Positions 33,955 to 44,301 of a stretch of 44,301 bases of DNA are shown piece after piece. Below the pieces are notes generated by a model. It was given only the letters and a program-made list of their open reading frames with translations. It searched no databases and was not told the DNA's origin. Position 1 is the first letter of the stretch. Each line of letters begins with the position of its first letter. Position numbers and translations under genes: made by a program. The stretch spans positions 153,948,001 to 153,992,301 of the forward strand of contig CM059432.1 of NCBI GenBank assembly GCA_030390025.1, given 5' to 3'. Source of the stretch: Squalus acanthias. Lineage: Eukaryota.

Positions 33955-34950
33955 ATGGAACACAGGAACAGGAGGAGGCCATTCAGCCCCTCGAGCCTGT
34001 TACACAGGAACAGGAGGAGGCCATTCAGCCCCTCGAGCCTGTTACACAGGAACAGGAGGAGGCCATTCAGCCCCTCGAGCCTGTTACACAGGAACAGGTG
34101 TTCGGCCATTCAATGAGATCATGGCTGATCTGAGATCTAACTCCATATACCCGCCTTTGCTCCATATCCCTTAATACCTTTGATTAACAAAAAGCTATCA
34201 ATCTCAGATTTAAAATTAACAATTGATTTTGCATCAATTGCCATTTGCAGAAGAGAGTTCCAAACTTCTACCACCCTTTGTGTGTAGAAGAGTTTCCTAA
34301 TTTCACTCCTGAAAGGTCTGGCTCTAATTTTTAGACTATGCCCCCTAGTCCTCGAATCCCTAACCAACAGAAATAGTTTTGCTCTCCCTACCCTATCTGT
34401 TCCACTTAATATCTTGAAAACTTCGATCAGATCACCCCTTAACCATCTAAATTCTGGGGTGTACAGCCCTAATTTGTGTAATCTCTCCTCGTAACTTAAC
34501 TCTTGAAGTCTGGGTATCATTCTGGTAAACCTACGCTGCACTCCCTCCAAGGCCAATATATCCTTCCTAAGGTGTGGTGCCCAGAACTGCTCACAGTGCT
34601 CCAGGTGTGGTCTAACCAGGGCTTTGTATAGCTGCAGCATAACTTCTACCCCCTTGTATTCTAGTCCTCTAGATATAAAGGCCAACATCTCATTAGCCTT
34701 TTTGATTATTTTCTGTACCTGTTCATGACATTTTAATGATCTGTGTACCTGGACCCCCAAGTCTCTTTGGACTTGCACTGTTTTTAGATTTTCACCATTT
34801 AGAAAGTACTCTGTTCTCTCCTTTTTAGGTCCGAAGTGGATGCCCTCACATTGAAATCCATTTGCCAAAGTTTTGCCCATTCACTTAATCTATCGATATC
34901 CCTTTGTAATTTTATGCTTTCATCTGCATTGCCTACAATGCCACCTATTT
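33955..34950 (-). mobile_element. CR1 LINE 3' part; its upstream portion continues at 37879-38150
   Basis: ORF2 C-terminus (ORF 34137-34880) and 3' UTR. Confidence 0.92.
33961..34098. repeat. ~3.3 copies of a 42-bp unit in the CR1 3' end
   Basis: CACAGGAACAGGAGGAGGCCATTCAGCCCCTCGAGCCTGTTA x3, identical copies. Confidence 0.95.
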
Positions 34951-37878
34951 TCGGCCCAATGAGGAAGAAGGCATTGCTGGATCTGGTTCTGGGGAATGAG
35001 GTGGGTCAAGCGGAGCAAGTGTCAGTAGGGGAACATTTAGGGAACAGTGATCACAGTATCATAAGGTTTAGATTAGCTATGGAAAAAGGACAGGGAGCAA
35101 TCTAGAGTAAAAATACTTAATTGGAGGAAGGCAATTTCAGTGGGTTGAGAATGGATCTGACCCAGGTAAATTGGAATCAAAGATTGGCAGGCAAAACTGT
35201 AATCAAACAATGGGCTGCCTTTAAAGAGGAGATGGTTCTGGTACGGTTGAGGCACATTCCCACAAGGGGGAAAGGTAGGGAAACCAAAGCCAGAGCTCCC
35301 TGGATGACGAAAGAGATAGAGAGTAAGATGAAGCAGAAAAAGGGGGCGTATAACAGATGTCAGGTTGAGAATACAAATGAGAACCAGGCTGAATATAGAA
35401 AGTTCAGAGGGGAAGTGAAAAAGGAAATAAGAGGGACAAAGAGAGAGTATGAGAATAGATTGGCAGCTAACATAAAAGGGAATCCAAAAGTCATCCATAG
35501 GCATATAAATAGTAAACTGGTGGTAGGAGGAGCGGTGGGGCCGATTAGGGACCAAAATGGAGACCTACGCATGGAGGCAGAGGGCATGGCTGAGGTACTA
35601 AACGAGTACTTTGCATCTGTCTTCACCAAGGAAGAGGATGCTGCCATAGACATAGTGAAAGAGGAGGTAGTTGAGATACTGGATGAGATAAAAATTGTAA
35701 AGAGGAGGTACTAGAAAGGCTGTCTGTACTTAAAGTTGATAAGTCACCAGGACCGGATGGGATGCATCCTAGGATGCTGAGGGAAGTAAAAGTGGAAATT
35801 GCGGAAGTAATGGCCATATTCTTCCAATCCTTCTTAGATACGGGGGTGGTGCCAGAGGACTGGAGAATTGCAAATGTTACACCCTTGTTCAAAAAAGGGT
35901 GTAAGGATAAACCCAGCAACTACAGGCCAGTCAGTTTAACCTCGGTAGTGGGGAAGCTTTTAGAAATGATAATCCGGGACAAAATTAACAGTCACATGGA
36001 CAAGTGTGGATTCATTAAGGAACATAAGAACATAAGAAATAGGAGCAGGAGTAGGCAATTTGGCCCTTTGAGCCTGCTCCGCCATTCAATGACATCATGG
36101 CTGATCTGATCATGGCCTCAACTCCACTTTCCTGCCCGCTCCCCATAACCCTTGACTCCCCTGTAGCTCAAATATCTGTCTACCTTCGCCTTGAATATAT
36201 TCAATGACTCAGCCTCCACAGCTCTCTGGGGTAGAGAATTCCAAAGATTCACGACCCTCAGAAGAAATTCCTCCTCATCTCCGTTTTAAATGGGCAACCC
36301 CTTATTCTGAAACTATATCCCCAAGTTCCAGATTCCCCCACGAGGGGAAACATCCTCCCTGCATCCATCCTGTCAAGCCCCCTCAGAATCTTATATGTTT
36401 CAATAAGATCACCTCTCCTTCTTCTAAACTCCAATGAGTATAGGCCCAACCTGCTCAACCTTTCTCCATAAGACAACCCCTTCATCTCAGGAATCAACCT
36501 AGTGAACCTTCTCTGAACTGCCTCCAATGCAAGTATATCCCTCCTTAAATAAGGAGACCAAAACTGCACGCAGTACTCCAGATGTGGTCTCACGAGCACG
36601 GATTTGTTAAGGCAAATCATGTTTAACTAACTTGATTAAGTTTTTTGATGAGGTAACAGAGAGGGTTGATGAAGGCAATGCGGTTGATGTGGTGTGCACT
36701 GACTTCCAAAAGGCGTTTGATAAAGTGCCACATAATAGGCTTGCCAGCAAAGTTGAAGCCCATGGAATAAAAGGGACAGTGGCAGCATGGATACGAAATT
36801 GGCTAAGTGACAGGAAACAGAGAGTAGTGGTGAACGGTTGTTTATCGGACTGGAGGAAGGTGCACAGTGGGGTTCCCCAGGGGTCGATACTAGGACCACT
36901 GCTTTTCTTGATGTATATTAATGAGTTAGACTTGGGTGTACAGGGCACAATTTCAAAATTTGCAGATGACACAAAACTTGGAAGTATAGTGAACAGTGAG
37001 GAGGATAGTGATAGACTTCAAGAGGACATAGACAGGCTGGTGAAATGGGCGGACACGTGGCAGATGAAATTTAACGCAGAGAAGTGCGAAGTGATACATT
37101 TTGGTAGGAAGAACGAGGAGAGGCAATATAAACTAAAGGGTACAATTCTAAAGGGGGTGCATGAACAGAGACACCTGGGGGTATATGTGCACAAATCGTT
37201 GATGGCAGGGCAGGTTGAGAAAGTGGTTAAAAAAGCATATGGGATCCTGGGCTTCATAAATAGAGGCATAGAGTACAAAAGCAAGGAAGTTATGATGAAC
37301 CTTTATAAAACACTGGTTCGGCCTCAACTGGAGTATTGTGTCCAATTCTGGGCACCGCACTTTAGGAAGGATGTGAAGGCCTTAAAGAGGGTGCAGAAAA
37401 AATTCACAAGAATGATTCCAGGGATGAGGGACTTCAGTTACGTGGATAGACTGGAGAAGCTGGGGTTGTTCTCTTTAGAGCAGAGAAGGGCGAGAGGAGA
37501 TTTGATAGAGGTGTTCAAAATCATGAGGGGTCTAAACAGAGTAGATAGAGAGAAACTGTTCCCATTGGCGGAAGGGTCGAGAACCAGACGATACAGATTT
37601 AAGGTGACTGGCAGAAGAACCAAAGGCGACATGAGGAAAAACTTTTCTACGCAGCGTGTGGTTAGGATCTGGAAAGCACTGCTTGAGGGGGTGGTGGAGG
37701 AAGATTCAATCATGGCTTTCAAGAGAGAATTGGATAAGTACCTGAAGGAAAGAAATTTGCACGGCTCCGGGGAAAGGGCAGGGGAGTGGGACTAGCTGAA
37801 GTGCTCTTGCAGAGAGCCGGCACGGGCTCGACGGGCCAAATGGCCTCCTTCTGTGCTGTAACCATTCTATGATTCTAT
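34951..37878 (+). mobile_element. CR1 LINE (end of endonuclease through RT to 3' tail), frameshifted, containing a nested CR1
   Basis: LLDLVLGN...LGNSDH, RT ORF 36632-37795 with KFADD, and tail ccattctatgattctat. Confidence 0.95.
36021..36593 (-). mobile_element. CR1 3' fragment nested in the plus-strand CR1
   Basis: aacataagaacataag tail and VRPHLEYC...RRGDLIE; it splits the host between GFIKE and HGFVK. Confidence 0.92.
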
Positions 37879-38150
37879 CATCTAAGTTGTTAATAAATAC
37901 TATGAATAGTTGAGGCCGCAACACCGATCCCTGCAGGACACTACTAGTCACTTCCTGCCAATTTGAGTACCTACCCATTTATCCCTACTCTCTCTCCCCT
38001 GCCGCTCAGCCAATTTCCTAACCAGGTCAATAATTTGCCTTCAATCCCATGGGCTTCAACCTTAGTTAACAGTCTCTTATGTGGGACTTCAGCAAATGCC
38101 TTCTGGAAGTCCATATAAATAACATCCATAGACATTTCCCCTGTCCACTT
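37879..38150 (-). mobile_element. CR1 RT fragment, upstream continuation of 33955-34950
   Basis: MDVIYMDFQKAF ... QGSVL..QLFIVFINNLDD on the minus strand. Confidence 0.8.
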
Positions 38151-38525
38151 TCAGAAGGTATTCGACAGCGTGCCACACAGGAGGCTTGTTAAGAAGATGG
38201 AAGCCCATAGAATTAAGGGGAAAGTGGGGGTATGGATATGAAATTGGCTCAGTGACAGGAAGCAGAGGGTGGTGGTGAATGGATGTTTTTCAGACTTGGA
38301 GGTGGTTTGCAGTGGTGTTCCCCAAAGGTCAGCTTTGGATCCAATACTCTGCAATTTTTATAAACGACCTAGACTCTGGTGTAGGGAACAGCATTATAAA
38401 GTTTGCAGATGATATAAAACTTGGCAATGTAGTAGATAGTGATGAGGATAGCTGTAGACTTCAAAATGACAGACAGGATGGTGAAATGGGCGGAAGCATG
38501 GCAGATGGAGTTCAATGCGGAGAAG
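38151..38525 (+). mobile_element. Degenerate CR1 RT fragment
   Basis: QKVFDSVPH and FINDLDSGVGNSIIKFADD. Confidence 0.85.
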
Positions 38526-38536
38526 TCATAGTCATA

Positions 38537-39292
38537 GGGGGAAAAATTCAGCTGCTTGCGCCTCCCGTTAGCGCCTTAAGAGGGCGCTAATGGGGCGCAA
38601 AGCAGCTAACGCCCGGGCGCAGCGCCGCCCACGCCTCCTGCAAAATTCAGCGGGAGGTTAGCGGCGGCGCCAGCCGGTAGCGCCCTGTGGCGCTGCGGTG
38701 CCGGCGATGACATCATCGCCGTGCGCAGCACCCCGCTCGCGCTCCAGCCGCGATCTTCGGTCGCGCCCCCTGACTTACCACCAGACGCAATGTCCGACGG
38801 GTTCAGGGGGGCGTACGTGCGGCCGGGGCGGCGATATTTAAAGGGGAGGTGGCAGGCGGCCATTTTTGTTGCTGGCCGCCTGCCAGCACCTGCCCCCGTT
38901 GCTGTCCCCGGCCCCCGTGAAGCCCCCCCACTGTGAAGTGCCGGCTGCGGTCCAAGAGCCCGGCACTTCTCTTGAGTGCCGGGCTCTTTTGCCGGCACTC
39001 CCGATCCCTGGGGGCCCAGCTGGGCCCCGGTTCGCGCTGCGCAGGGCCCCTCCCCTTTAAGAAAGGGAGGAAGGCCTGCAGTACCGCGGTGCGACGTGCC
39101 GCAGCGCCGCGCCAGGATATTCCCTCACAGCGCCCCAAGAGGGATGCAGGGTGCTTCCAGTAGCGCCCCGCTTCCCTCTTGGGGCGCAACCACTCAAGTT
39201 CTGGCGCGGGGGCGCGAATTTTTTCGGGGCGCTAAACGTAGCGCCCCGGCGAGGTTAGCACCCCAAATGGGGCGTGACTCAATTTTTAGCCC
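38537..39292 (-). mobile_element. Second copy of the Harbinger MITE, opposite orientation
   Basis: TIRs GGGGGAAAAATT and AATTTTTAGCCC; TSD ATA (38534-38536, 39293-39295); colinear with 10483-11243. Confidence 0.93.
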
Positions 39293-41289
39293 ATAGAGTC
39301 ATAACAGCACAGAAAGAGACCATTCGGCCAATTGAGTCCGTGCCAGCTCTCTGTAGAGCAATCCAGTCAGTCCCATTCCCCCACTCTATCCCTGTAGCCC
39401 TGCAAGTTTATTTCGCTCAAGTGCCTATCCAGTCTCCACTTGAAAACATTGACTGTCTCCGCTTCCACCACTTCTGTTGGCAGCAAGTTCCAGGTCCTCA
39501 CTACTCGCTGCTTAAAAAAGTTTTGCCTCACGTCTCCCCTGTAACTCTTGCCCAAAACCTTAAATCTGTGTCCCCTAGTCCTTGCACCATCAACTAGTGG
39601 GAATAGCCTTTCCCCGTCTAGCCTATCCAAACCCGTCATAACCTTGTACACCTCTATCAAATCACCCCTCAACCACCTTTGCTCTAATGAAAACAAATCC
39701 AGCTTCTCCAACCTGTCCTTGTAGCTAAGATCCCCCATCCCCGGAACCATTCTGGTAAATCTCCTCTGCACCCTCTCAAGGGCCTTCACATCCTTCCTAA
39801 AGTGTGGTGACCAGAACTGGACGTAATACTCCAGTTGTGGCCTAACCAGCGCTTTATAAAGGTTCAACATAACTTCTCTAATTTTGTACTCAATACCTCT
39901 ATTTATGAAACCCAAGATCCCATATGCTTTGTTAACCACTCTCTCAATATGTCCTGCCACCTTCAGGGACCTATGCACATTAACTCCCAGGTACCCCTGT
40001 CCCTGCACACTCTTTAAAACTGTGCCATTAAGTATATATTGCCTCTCCCTGTTCCTTCTGCCAAAATGCATCACCTCACACTTCTCTGTATTAAATTCCA
40101 TCTGCCACTTGTCTGCCCATTCTGCTAGCCTTTCTATGTCCTGTTGCAGTTGATTGGTATCATCCTCACTGTTCGCCACACCCCAAGTTTGGTGTCATCA
40201 GCAAATGTAGAAATTCTACTTTGTATTCCAATATCCAGGTCATTTATATATATCAAAAAAAGGAGTAGCCCCAGCACTGACCCTTGGGGAACACCAATGT
40301 CTACCATCCTCCAGTCTGAAAAACAGCAATTTAGCACAACTCGCTGTTTTGTCCTTAAGCCAATTCCTTATCCAATCTGCCACTGACCCAACTATTCCAT
40401 GAGCCTTAGTTTTGTTATCTAGCCTTCTATGTGGTACTTTGTCAAACGCCTTCCTAAAATCCATGTAGACAACATCTATTGCATTCCCTTCATCAATCCT
40501 CTCTGTTACTTCATCAAAAAATTCAATTAGATTCGTCAAACATGATCTGCCTTTTACAAATCCGTGTTGGCTCTCCTTAATTAGCTTAAACCTCTCCAAG
40601 TGCCCGTTAATTTTTTTCTTGATTATTGTTTCTAAAACATTACCCACCACTGATGTTAAACTGTAGTTACTAGGATTGTCCTTGCACCCTTTCTTGAACA
40701 ATGGTGTCACATTTGCCACTTTGCAATCCTCAGGCACCACCCTCGCATCTAGGGAAGATTGGAAAATTATGGCAAGTCCTTCCGCTATCTCCTCCCCCAA
40801 TTCCCTTAGCAACCTGGGATGCAAGCCATCTGGACCAGGCGACTTATCCACTCTAAGCATACCCAGCCTTTCTAGTACATCCTGTCTATCAATATTCACC
40901 CATTCCATTGCTTCTACCTTTTCCACTGCTACCGATATTTTGTCAGCATCCACCTCCTTAGTAAACACCTTGCCCTGCACCTCTAAGCATATATCACCTT
41001 CTTTGTCGCTAATAGGCCCCACCCCGCCTCTTACTACCCGCTTACGGTTTACATGCCGGTAGAAGATTTTTGGGTTCCCTTTTATGTTAACCGCCATTCT
41101 ACTCTCATATTCTCTCTTTGCCAATCTTATTTTCATCCTCACTTCCCCTCTCAACTTATTGTATTTGGTTTGGTTCTCCCTTGACGAATTCCCCTGACAT
41201 GCATCATACACCATCTTTTTATGTTTCATCATCTTCTCTATCTCCCTCATCATCCAAGGAGCCCTTGCTTTGGTTCCCTTACCCTTCTT

Positions 41290-41596
41290 CAGAATCACAG
41301 AATCCCCACAGTGCAGATAGAGGCCATTTCGGCCCATCGAGCCTGCACCGACACATATCCCACCCTATCCCCGTAACCCCACGTATTTAATCCCCTCCTA
41401 ACACTAAGGGTCAATTTATCATAGCCAAATCAACCTAACCCACACATCTTGGGACTGTGGGAGGAAACCGGAGCACCCGGAGGAAACCCACGCAGACACG
41501 GGGAGAATGTGCAAACTCCACACAGACAGTCAACCGAGGCCGGATTCGAACCCAGGTCCCTGGCGCTGTGAGGCAACAGTGCTAACCACTATGCCA
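41290..41596 (-). mobile_element. tRNA-derived V-SINE (HE1-like, elasmobranch)
   Basis: A box TGGCATAGTGG, B box GGTTCGAATCC, V-domain gtggagtttgcacattctccccgtgtctgcgtgggtttcctccgggtgctccggtttcctcccacagtcc, and a CR1-like 3' tail. Confidence 0.9.
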
Positions 41597-41819
41597 TTCT
41601 TGTTGGAATGTACCTAGCCTGTACTTGGAACATCTCCTCCTTAAAGATCACCCATTGTTCCGTTACAAATTTTCCTGTCAGTCTTTGGTTCCATTTTACC
41701 CTAGCTAGATCCTTTCACATCCCATTGAAGTTAGCCCTATTCCAGTTTAGAAGTTCCACGCTCCTCTCCATTGCTAATCTAAATTAGCAATGGAGAAGAG
41801 CAAGGTGGGGAGAGTGGTC

Positions 41820-43013
41820 CTAATGCAACGCCCCTATTTAAGAAGGAAGGGAGACAGAATGCAGGAAACTACAGACCAGTTAGCCTAACGTCTGTCATTG
41901 GGAAAATGCTGGAGTCCATTACTAAGGAAGCAGTAGCAGGGCATTTAGAAAATCGTAATACAGTCAAGCAGAGTCAGCATGGTTTTTATGAAAGGGAAAT
42001 CATGTTTGGCAAATTTGCTGGAGTTCTTTGAGGATGTAATGAGCAGGGTGGATAAAGGGGAACCAGTGGATGTGGTGTGTTCGGATTTCCAGAAGGCATT
42101 TGATAAGGTGCCACATAAAAGGTTACTGCACAAGATAAGAGCTCACGGGGTTGGGGGTAATATATTAGCATGTATAGAGGATTGGCTAACTAACAGAAAA
42201 CAGAGTCCGGATAAATGGGTAATTTTCCGGTTGGCAAACGGTAACTAGTGGGGTGCCACAGGAATCAGTGCTGGGGTCTGAAATATTTACAATCCATATT
42301 AATGACTTGGATGAAGGGACCGAGTGTAATGTAGCCAAATTTGCTGCTGATACAAAGACAGGTGGGAAAGCAAGTTGTGAAGAGGACACAAAGAATCTGC
42401 AAAGGGATATAGACAGACTAAGTGAGTGGGCAAACATTTGACAGATGGAGTATAATGTGGGAAAGTGTGAGGTTATCCACTTTGGTAAGAAAAATAAAAA
42501 AGCAAATTATTATTTAAATGGAGAGAGATTACAAAATGCTGCAGTACAGAGGGACCTGGGGGTCCTTGTGCATGAAACACAAAAAGTTAACTTGCAGGTA
42601 CAGCAAGTAATCAAAATTCAAATGGAATGTTGGCCTTTATTGCAAGGGGGTTGGAGTATAAAAGTAGGGAAGTCCTGCTACAACTGTACAGTGTATTGGG
42701 GAATGTAGAACTAGGGGGCATAGTTTCAGAATAAGGGGTCGCCCATTTAAAACTTGGATGAGGAGGAATTTCTTCTCTCAGAGGGACGTAAATCTGTGGA
42801 ATTCTCTGCCCCAGAGAGCTGTGGAGGCTGGGTCGTTGAATATATTTAAGGTGGAGATAGACAGATTTTTGAACAATAAGGGAGTGATGGGTTATGAGGA
42901 AGCGGGCAAGGAAATGGAGCTGAGCCCAAGATCAGATCAGCCATGATCTCATTAAATGGCGGAGCAGGCTCGAGGGGCCAAATGGCCGACTCCTGCTCCT
43001 ATTATGTTCTTAT
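41820..43013 (+). mobile_element. Degenerate CR1 LINE with an internal deletion near 42695
   Basis: NYRPVSLTS, DFQKAFDKVPH, KCEVIHFG and a 3' tail. Confidence 0.92.
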
Positions 43014-43258
43014 GGGTCAGGTGAGGGGAAATTTAGAAATCTAAAGAGAAAGGTCAAGGCAATAGAGTAGTGTAGCAATTTGGGTAAAAATAAGCAGAGA
43101 GTGACAGGAAAGGACAGAGAGTTTAATGGTAGCAGTGCAGCAGAGAATAAGGTCAAAGCAGGGAATAATGGTAAAAAATGTTAATTAAAGGCTCTTTATC
43201 TGAATGCACGAAGCATTCGTAACAAGATAGACGAACTAGTGGCACAAATAGAGATAAA
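43014..43258 (+). mobile_element. CR1 fragment including the start of the APE endonuclease
   Basis: Hand translation LKALYLNARSIRNKIDELVAQIE at ~43185-43255. Confidence 0.75.
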
Positions 43259-44301
43259 TAGAAACATAGAAAAATAGGAGCAGGAGTAGGCCATTCGGCC
43301 CTTCGAGCCTGCTCCGCCATTCAATATCATGGCTGATCCTCTATCCCAATACCATATTCCCGCTCTCTCCCTATACCCCTTGACGCCTTTTGTGTCTAGA
43401 AATCTATCTATCTCCTTCTTAAATATATTCAGTGACTTGGCCTCCACAGCCTTCTGTGGTAGAGAATTCCACAGATTCACCACCCTCTGAGTGAAGAAAT
43501 TTCTCCTCATCTCAGTCCTAAATGTCCTACCCCATATCCTGAGACTGACCCCTCGTTCTAGAGCCCCAGCCAGGGGAAACATCCTCCCTGCATCCAGTCT
43601 GTCTAGCCCTGTCAGAATTTTATACGTTTCAATGAGATCCCCTCTCATTCCTCTAAACTCTATGGAATACAGGCCTAGTCGACCCAATCTTTCCTCATAT
43701 GACAGTCCTGCCAACCCAGGAATCAGTCTGGTGAACCTTCGCTGCATTCCCTCTATGGCAAGTATATCCTTAGGTAAGGAGACCAAAACTGCACACACTA
43801 CTCCAGGTGTGGTCTCAACAAGGTCCTGTATAACTGTAGTAAGACATCCTTGCTCCTGTACCCAAATCCTCTTGCAATGAAGGCCAACATACCATTTGCC
43901 TTCCTAACTGCTTGCTGCACCTGCATGTTTGCTTTCAGTGACTGGTGTACAAGGACACCCAGATCCCTTTGTACATCAACATTTCCTAATCTATCACCAT
44001 TTAAATAATACTCTGCCTTTCTGTTTTTCCTACCGAAGTGGATAACATCACATTTATCCACGTTATACTGCATCTGCCATGTATTTGCCCACTTACTCAA
44101 CTTGTCTAAATCACCTTGAAGCCTCTTTGCATCCTCCTCACAACCCCACCTAGTTTCGTGTCGTCAGTAAACTTGGAAATATTACATTTGGTTCCCTCAT
44201 CCAAATCTCTGATATATATTGTGAATAGCTGGGGCCCAAGCACTGATCCCTGCGGTACCCCACTAGTCACCGCCTGCCACTCCGAAAAAGACCCATTTAT
44301 T
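43259..44301 (-). mobile_element. CR1 LINE 3' part, running off the window
   Basis: RT C-terminal motifs, 3' UTR and an atagaaacatagaa tail. Confidence 0.93.

Larger units (their letters stand above)
38526..41782 (-). mobile_element. 5'-truncated CR1 LINE containing a MITE in its tail and a SINE
   Basis: ORF2 pieces 40240-41290 and 39367-40337; the tail gtcatagtcata|gagtcata is split by the MITE. Confidence 0.93.

Noticed and set aside
34940..34960. Twin-priming 5' inversion of one CR1
   Set aside because: The plus-strand part has its own 3' tail and the minus-strand element resumes at 37879, so this is nesting.
41530..41596. tRNA gene
   Set aside because: It is the tRNA-derived head of a SINE.
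41285..41601. TTCTT as the SINE target-site duplication
   Set aside because: Collapsing it breaks the host CR1 frame relative to the homolog near 35255-35290, so the TSD is uncertain.

Overview
This is vertebrate genomic DNA, most likely from a shark or ray (HE1-type V-SINE, abundant CR1/L2 LINEs), and no host gene can be supported. (1) 1-5.6 kb: a complete 4.27-kb PIF/Harbinger transposon (intact DDE transposase plus a convergent 3-exon Myb/SANT gene with one homopolymer frameshift). It is nested in the inverted terminal repeat of a 5'-truncated Penelope-like element (GIY-YIG) carrying hammerhead ribozyme motifs, and the end of a second Harbinger lies 56 bp away. (2) 7-11.8 kb: an L2 relic, then a 39-bp satellite containing two hairpin-shaped, hammerhead-bearing non-autonomous Penelope-like elements; one has a Harbinger MITE at its palindrome centre. 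(3) 11.8-33.3 kb: about 15 kb of degenerate (TTAGGG)n with higher-order duplications, two antisense CR1 insertions and a 4-kb island (L2, CR1, integrase relic, Tigger-like MITE, short inverted CCCTAA tract). The array is followed by ordinary DNA, so it is interstitial or an assembly join. (4) 33.3-44.3 kb: nested CR1 fragments with a second copy of the MITE and a SINE. All components belong to known superfamilies. The candidates for novelty are this young Harbinger family with its MITEs, the ribozyme-bearing foldback elements, and the architecture of the telomere-like array.
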